Source: Torpedo marmorata (taxonomy: Eukaryota). Taken from it: a DNA stretch of 64,000 nt. Location of the stretch: contig OZ360255.1 of NCBI GenBank assembly GCA_977017645.1, positions 4,030,001-4,094,000 on the forward strand, in the 5' to 3' direction. A program made the translations under genes and the position numbers. Shown here in pieces: positions 60,731 through 64,000 of this stretch; position 1 is the stretch's first letter, and every line of letters begins with the position of its first letter. The notes under the pieces are model-generated. The model had not been told where the DNA came from, did not search any database, and saw only the letters and a program-made list of their open reading frames with translations.

Positions 60731-60793
60731 GAAGAGGGTGAAGAAGAGGGTGAAGAAGAGGGTGAAGAAGAGGGTGAAGAAGAGGGTGAAGAG
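60731..60793 (+). repeat. 12-bp coding repeat (EEGE)n in BEL gag
   Basis: About 5 copies of gaagagggtgaa. Confidence 0.9.
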
Positions 60794-61033
60794 GATGTAC
60801 AATTCGAATTGGAGAAGGAGGTAAGTAAGAAGATAACATCTGACCTGCAGGATAAAATACAAGCAAGTGACAGTGTCTCAAATGCTGAAAGCAGGAGAAG
60901 CAAACGAAGTTCTGGTTCGAGCTCCAGAGTTTCTCGTACTTCAAGTTCTACATCGTTACGTACAAAGATTGATGTTTACTTGGCCGCTCTTCTTGCACAA
61001 CAAAAAACGCTTAAGGATAAACATATTTTGGAA

Positions 61034-61200
61034 CAAAAGGAGGAGCAGCTAAGACAAAAGGAGGAGCAGCTAAGACAAAAGGAGGAGCAGCTAAGACAAA
61101 AGGAGGAGCAGCTAAGACAAAAGGAGGAGCAGCTAAAGGAGCAGATAAGACAAAAAGAGGAGCAGATAAGGCAAGAGAAGGAGCAGCTAAGGCAGAGAAA
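61034..61200 (+). repeat. 21-bp coding heptad repeat (QKEEQLR)n in BEL gag
   Basis: Four perfect caaaaggaggagcagctaaga copies plus degenerate ones. Confidence 0.9.
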
Positions 61201-61862
61201 GGAACAGCAGGAGCTGGAAGCAAACATTACTATTGCCAAGGCAAAAAAGAAAGCAATAGAAGGCTCAATGGTATCTGGTGCTCGAAGTAAATTATCTGAT
61301 AATAAAAGGTCATATTTAAAAAAAGAGTCACAGGAAAAGAAACCAAAAGGGTAGATATTTTAGAACCAGAGGTACAAGACTTGCAAATACAAGGACAAAT
61401 CCTTCAAGAGCATATTGGTATCGAGTCACATGTACCAGTGGTTACATCTGAAGACAAAGCTGCGGCTTGGGTTCGGTCGAACGATGCAGCTCCCTTGTTA
61501 TTTGAGTCAAGCATCAAAAATATGGAAGAAACTACACCAATGAGGTTTCCAGATACATTACCTGTAACAAGAGGCGGTGAACAGAGAAATGTATTGTCAT
61601 CCAAAGGAAGACAAAATGAAATTGCTGCATCATTGATTCAGTTACAGTCTCTTTCTTCTTTACCCAAGAAAGAGATACAGACTTTTGATGGTGAACCACT
61701 ACAGTATCAATCATTTATGAGATCTTTCAAACGCAATATTGAAAATAAATGCCAAGATCGTGATGATGTCTTTATTATTTGGAAATGTTCACAAAGGGAC
61801 ATCCAAAAGAACTTGTAAAGAGTTATCAACATATGTCCTCAGAAAGAGGATTAGACAGAGCT

Positions 61863-63131
61863 AAGTGCTTCGAGAGGCTCGTCATGGGGCACATCAAGCT
61901 TCTGCTGCCCCCCTCACTGGACCCCCTGCAGTTCGCATATAGATCAAACCGCTCATATAGATCAAACCGCTCTACGGATGATGCCATCATTACCACCCTC
62001 CATATAGCCCTCACCCACCTGGAAAATAAGGATGCGTATGTTCGAATGCTGTTTATTGACTTCAGCTCGGCATTCAACAAGATCATACCTCAGTACCTGA
62101 TAGGGAAGTTGAGCGGGCTGGGCCTAAACAACACCTTCTGTAATTGGATTCTAGACTTCCTGTCGGGAAGACCTCAGGCAGTCCAGATTGGAAACAGCAC
62201 TTCTAAGGTCATTACATTGAGCACGGGGGCTCCCCAGGGCTGTGTGCTTAGTCCATTGCTGTTCACTCTGCTGACTCATGACTGTGCAGCAAAACATAGC
62301 TCGAATCACATCATCAAGTTCGCTGATGATACGACCGTGGTGGGCCTTATCAGCAAGAATGATGAGTCAGCATACAGAGATGAGGTGCAGTCACTAATGG
62401 AATGGTGCGGAGCCAACAACCTGCATCTGAATGTAAATAAAACAAAAGAGTTGGTTGTCGACTTCAGGAGGGCCCGGTGGGATCATTCTCCATTGACCGT
62501 GGACGGCTCTACCGTTGAGGTCGTAAAGTGTACCAAATTTTTTGGAGTGCACTTGGCGGAGAGTCTCACCTGGTCCCTCAACACCAGTTCCATAGTCAAG
62601 AAAGCCCATCAGCGTCTTTACTTCCTGCGAAGGCTGAGGAAAGTTCATCTTCCACCCTCTATCCTTACTACATTCTACAGGGGATGTATTGGGAGTATTC
62701 TGAGCAATTGCATCACCGCTTGGTTTGGATACTGTACCATCTCGGACCGAAAGACCCTGCAGAGGATAGTGGGGCAGCGGAGAAAATTATTGGTGTCTCT
62801 CTTCCTACCATGACGGACATCTACAACACACGATGCATGAGGAAGGCTAAAAACATTGTGAAGGACTTCTCACACCCCTTTTGTAAACTTTTTTCCCTTT
62901 TGCCATCTGGAAGGAGGTACCGAAGCACTCGGGCTCGTACGTCCAGATTGTGCAACAGTTTTTTCCCCCAAGCCATCAGACTCCTCAATTTTTAGAAATA
63001 TATGTGTATTAGCATGTTATAGTTTTTTTATTGTATTATGATATTTATGTACATCTGCCCATGGTCCTGGAGAAACGCTATCTCATCTTACTGTGTATAT
63101 GGTAATGAACGACAAATAAAGGTGATTTGAC
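61863..63131 (+). mobile_element. Rex1/Babar LINE, 5'-truncated, nested in BEL gag
   Basis: KCFERLV...LDPLQFAYR...[13 protein letters not shown]...KFADD. Tail gacaaataaaggtgatttga. BEL gag resumes as LEQHFGNKH. Confidence 0.9.
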
Positions 63132-64000
63132 TAGAACAACATTTTGGCAACAAGCATCGAATTGCTTTAGCTTATATGGATAAAGCTCTTAAATGGACAT
63201 CAATAAAACAAAATGATGTAAAGGCTCTACAAGAATATACTCTATTTAAGAGGATGTTGTAATGCCATGGAAGATATCGATAATATTCGTGAGCTTGAAG
63301 TGCCTGGTAATATGCGAATCATCTTAGAAAAATTACCTTACAAGTTGTGGGATAGATGGAGAAATTTGGCTTGTGATATACAAGAAAATTACGGTGGAAG
63401 AGCTAATTTAAAAGACTTGGAAAATTTTCTTGAACGACAGGTGTACATTGAAACAGATCCAATATATGGAAATACCAGAGACAATTCAATGGGCAAAGAT
63501 GTAAGGAGGTCTAACTCACAGCCTAGTCCGAAATTGAAAAGGAGTACTTTTGCTACTAATGTGTCAATTATAAATAAAGAAAAAGACAAAGTAAATAAGG
63601 AAAAGGAAAGTTTGTCTGATGAGAAGAGTTGTTTGTTCTGTAAAGGTGGACATGCTTTGGAAATGTGTTTACGGTTGGAAAAGAAGGAACATAATGAGAA
63701 GATCGCTTTCTTAAAGGAAAATGGAATATGTTTTAGCTGTCTGTGTAAAGGGCACATCAGTAAAAACTGCAAGAAGCAAATTAATTGGTACATACGTAAG
63801 TTGAAACATCCTAGAATTTTGCATATCCATCAAAGAAACAAGGAATTGGAACAAGAGCAAATAGAAACAAAGAAAACAACAGAAAACAATGTTATAACCT
63901 TGGTTCAGACAAGTAGTCGGTGTGGATAACTGCAAACTTTCAAAAGTGCCTGTACAAGTCAAGACCAAGAAAGGGGATGCAATTGTACATACATATGCAT

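Larger units (their letters stand above)
14511..64000 (+). other. Intron 1 of the EP300/CREBBP-family gene (extends past the window)
   Basis: GT donor at 14511. The expected large exon 2 (DFGSLFDLE.DLPDELI) is not seen in the sequence or ORF track. The small N gaps could not hold it if their sizes are accurate. Confidence 0.7.
59479..64000 (+). mobile_element. BEL/Pao LTR retrotransposon, 5' portion (putative LTR, gag, start of protease), disrupted
   Basis: Putative LTR begins tgtaag at 59479 and ends at 59968 or about 60453 (unresolved). Gag from ATG 60473 with LPKKEIQTFDGEPLQYQSF (DUF1759-like), ILEKLPY..W and BEL-type knuckles CLFCKGGHALEMC and CFSCLCKGHISKNC. VPVQV...VHTYA precedes the protease active site. 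Confidence 0.85.

Noticed and set aside
61779-62813. Natural gag-RT fusion giving the BEL element a LINE-type RT
   Set aside because: Chance in-frame junction from a Rex LINE insertion with its own 3' tail. BEL gag resumes after 63131.

Overview
Repeat-rich vertebrate DNA, most likely from a cartilaginous fish, judged by HE1-like V-SINEs, HER1/CR1 LINEs and Rex1/Babar, L1/Tx1, Penelope, Gmr1 and BEL elements. The only host gene I can support is the 5' end of an EP300/CREBBP-family histone acetyltransferase gene on +. It has a CpG-island promoter with CRE and YY1 motifs at about 13.3-13.5 kb, a long leader with several uORFs, and coding exon 1 at 14426-14510 (MAENLLDGPPSAKRPKISSPAPPASDGT). No exon 2 is seen, so intron 1 appears to exceed 49 kb. 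Most listed ORFs are transposon fragments or noise. Highlights: (1) a short non-coding Penelope-type family carrying hammerhead-ribozyme-like motifs in 91-nt tandem and inverted arrangements; (2) a two-LTR Gmr1-type element (PR-IN-RT-RH order, tRNA-Pro PBS) with an in-frame RT deletion, plus two solo LTRs of the same family; (3) a 5S-rRNA-derived SINE whose 3' tail is shared with a GC-rich element and resembles Rex1-type tails; (4) a TSD-bounded L1 lacking RT and two 5'-inverted L1s; (5) multi-layer nested insertions; (6) a BEL/Pao gag with a SAP-like N-terminus. All calls come from reading the sequence by eye. No database searches were run.
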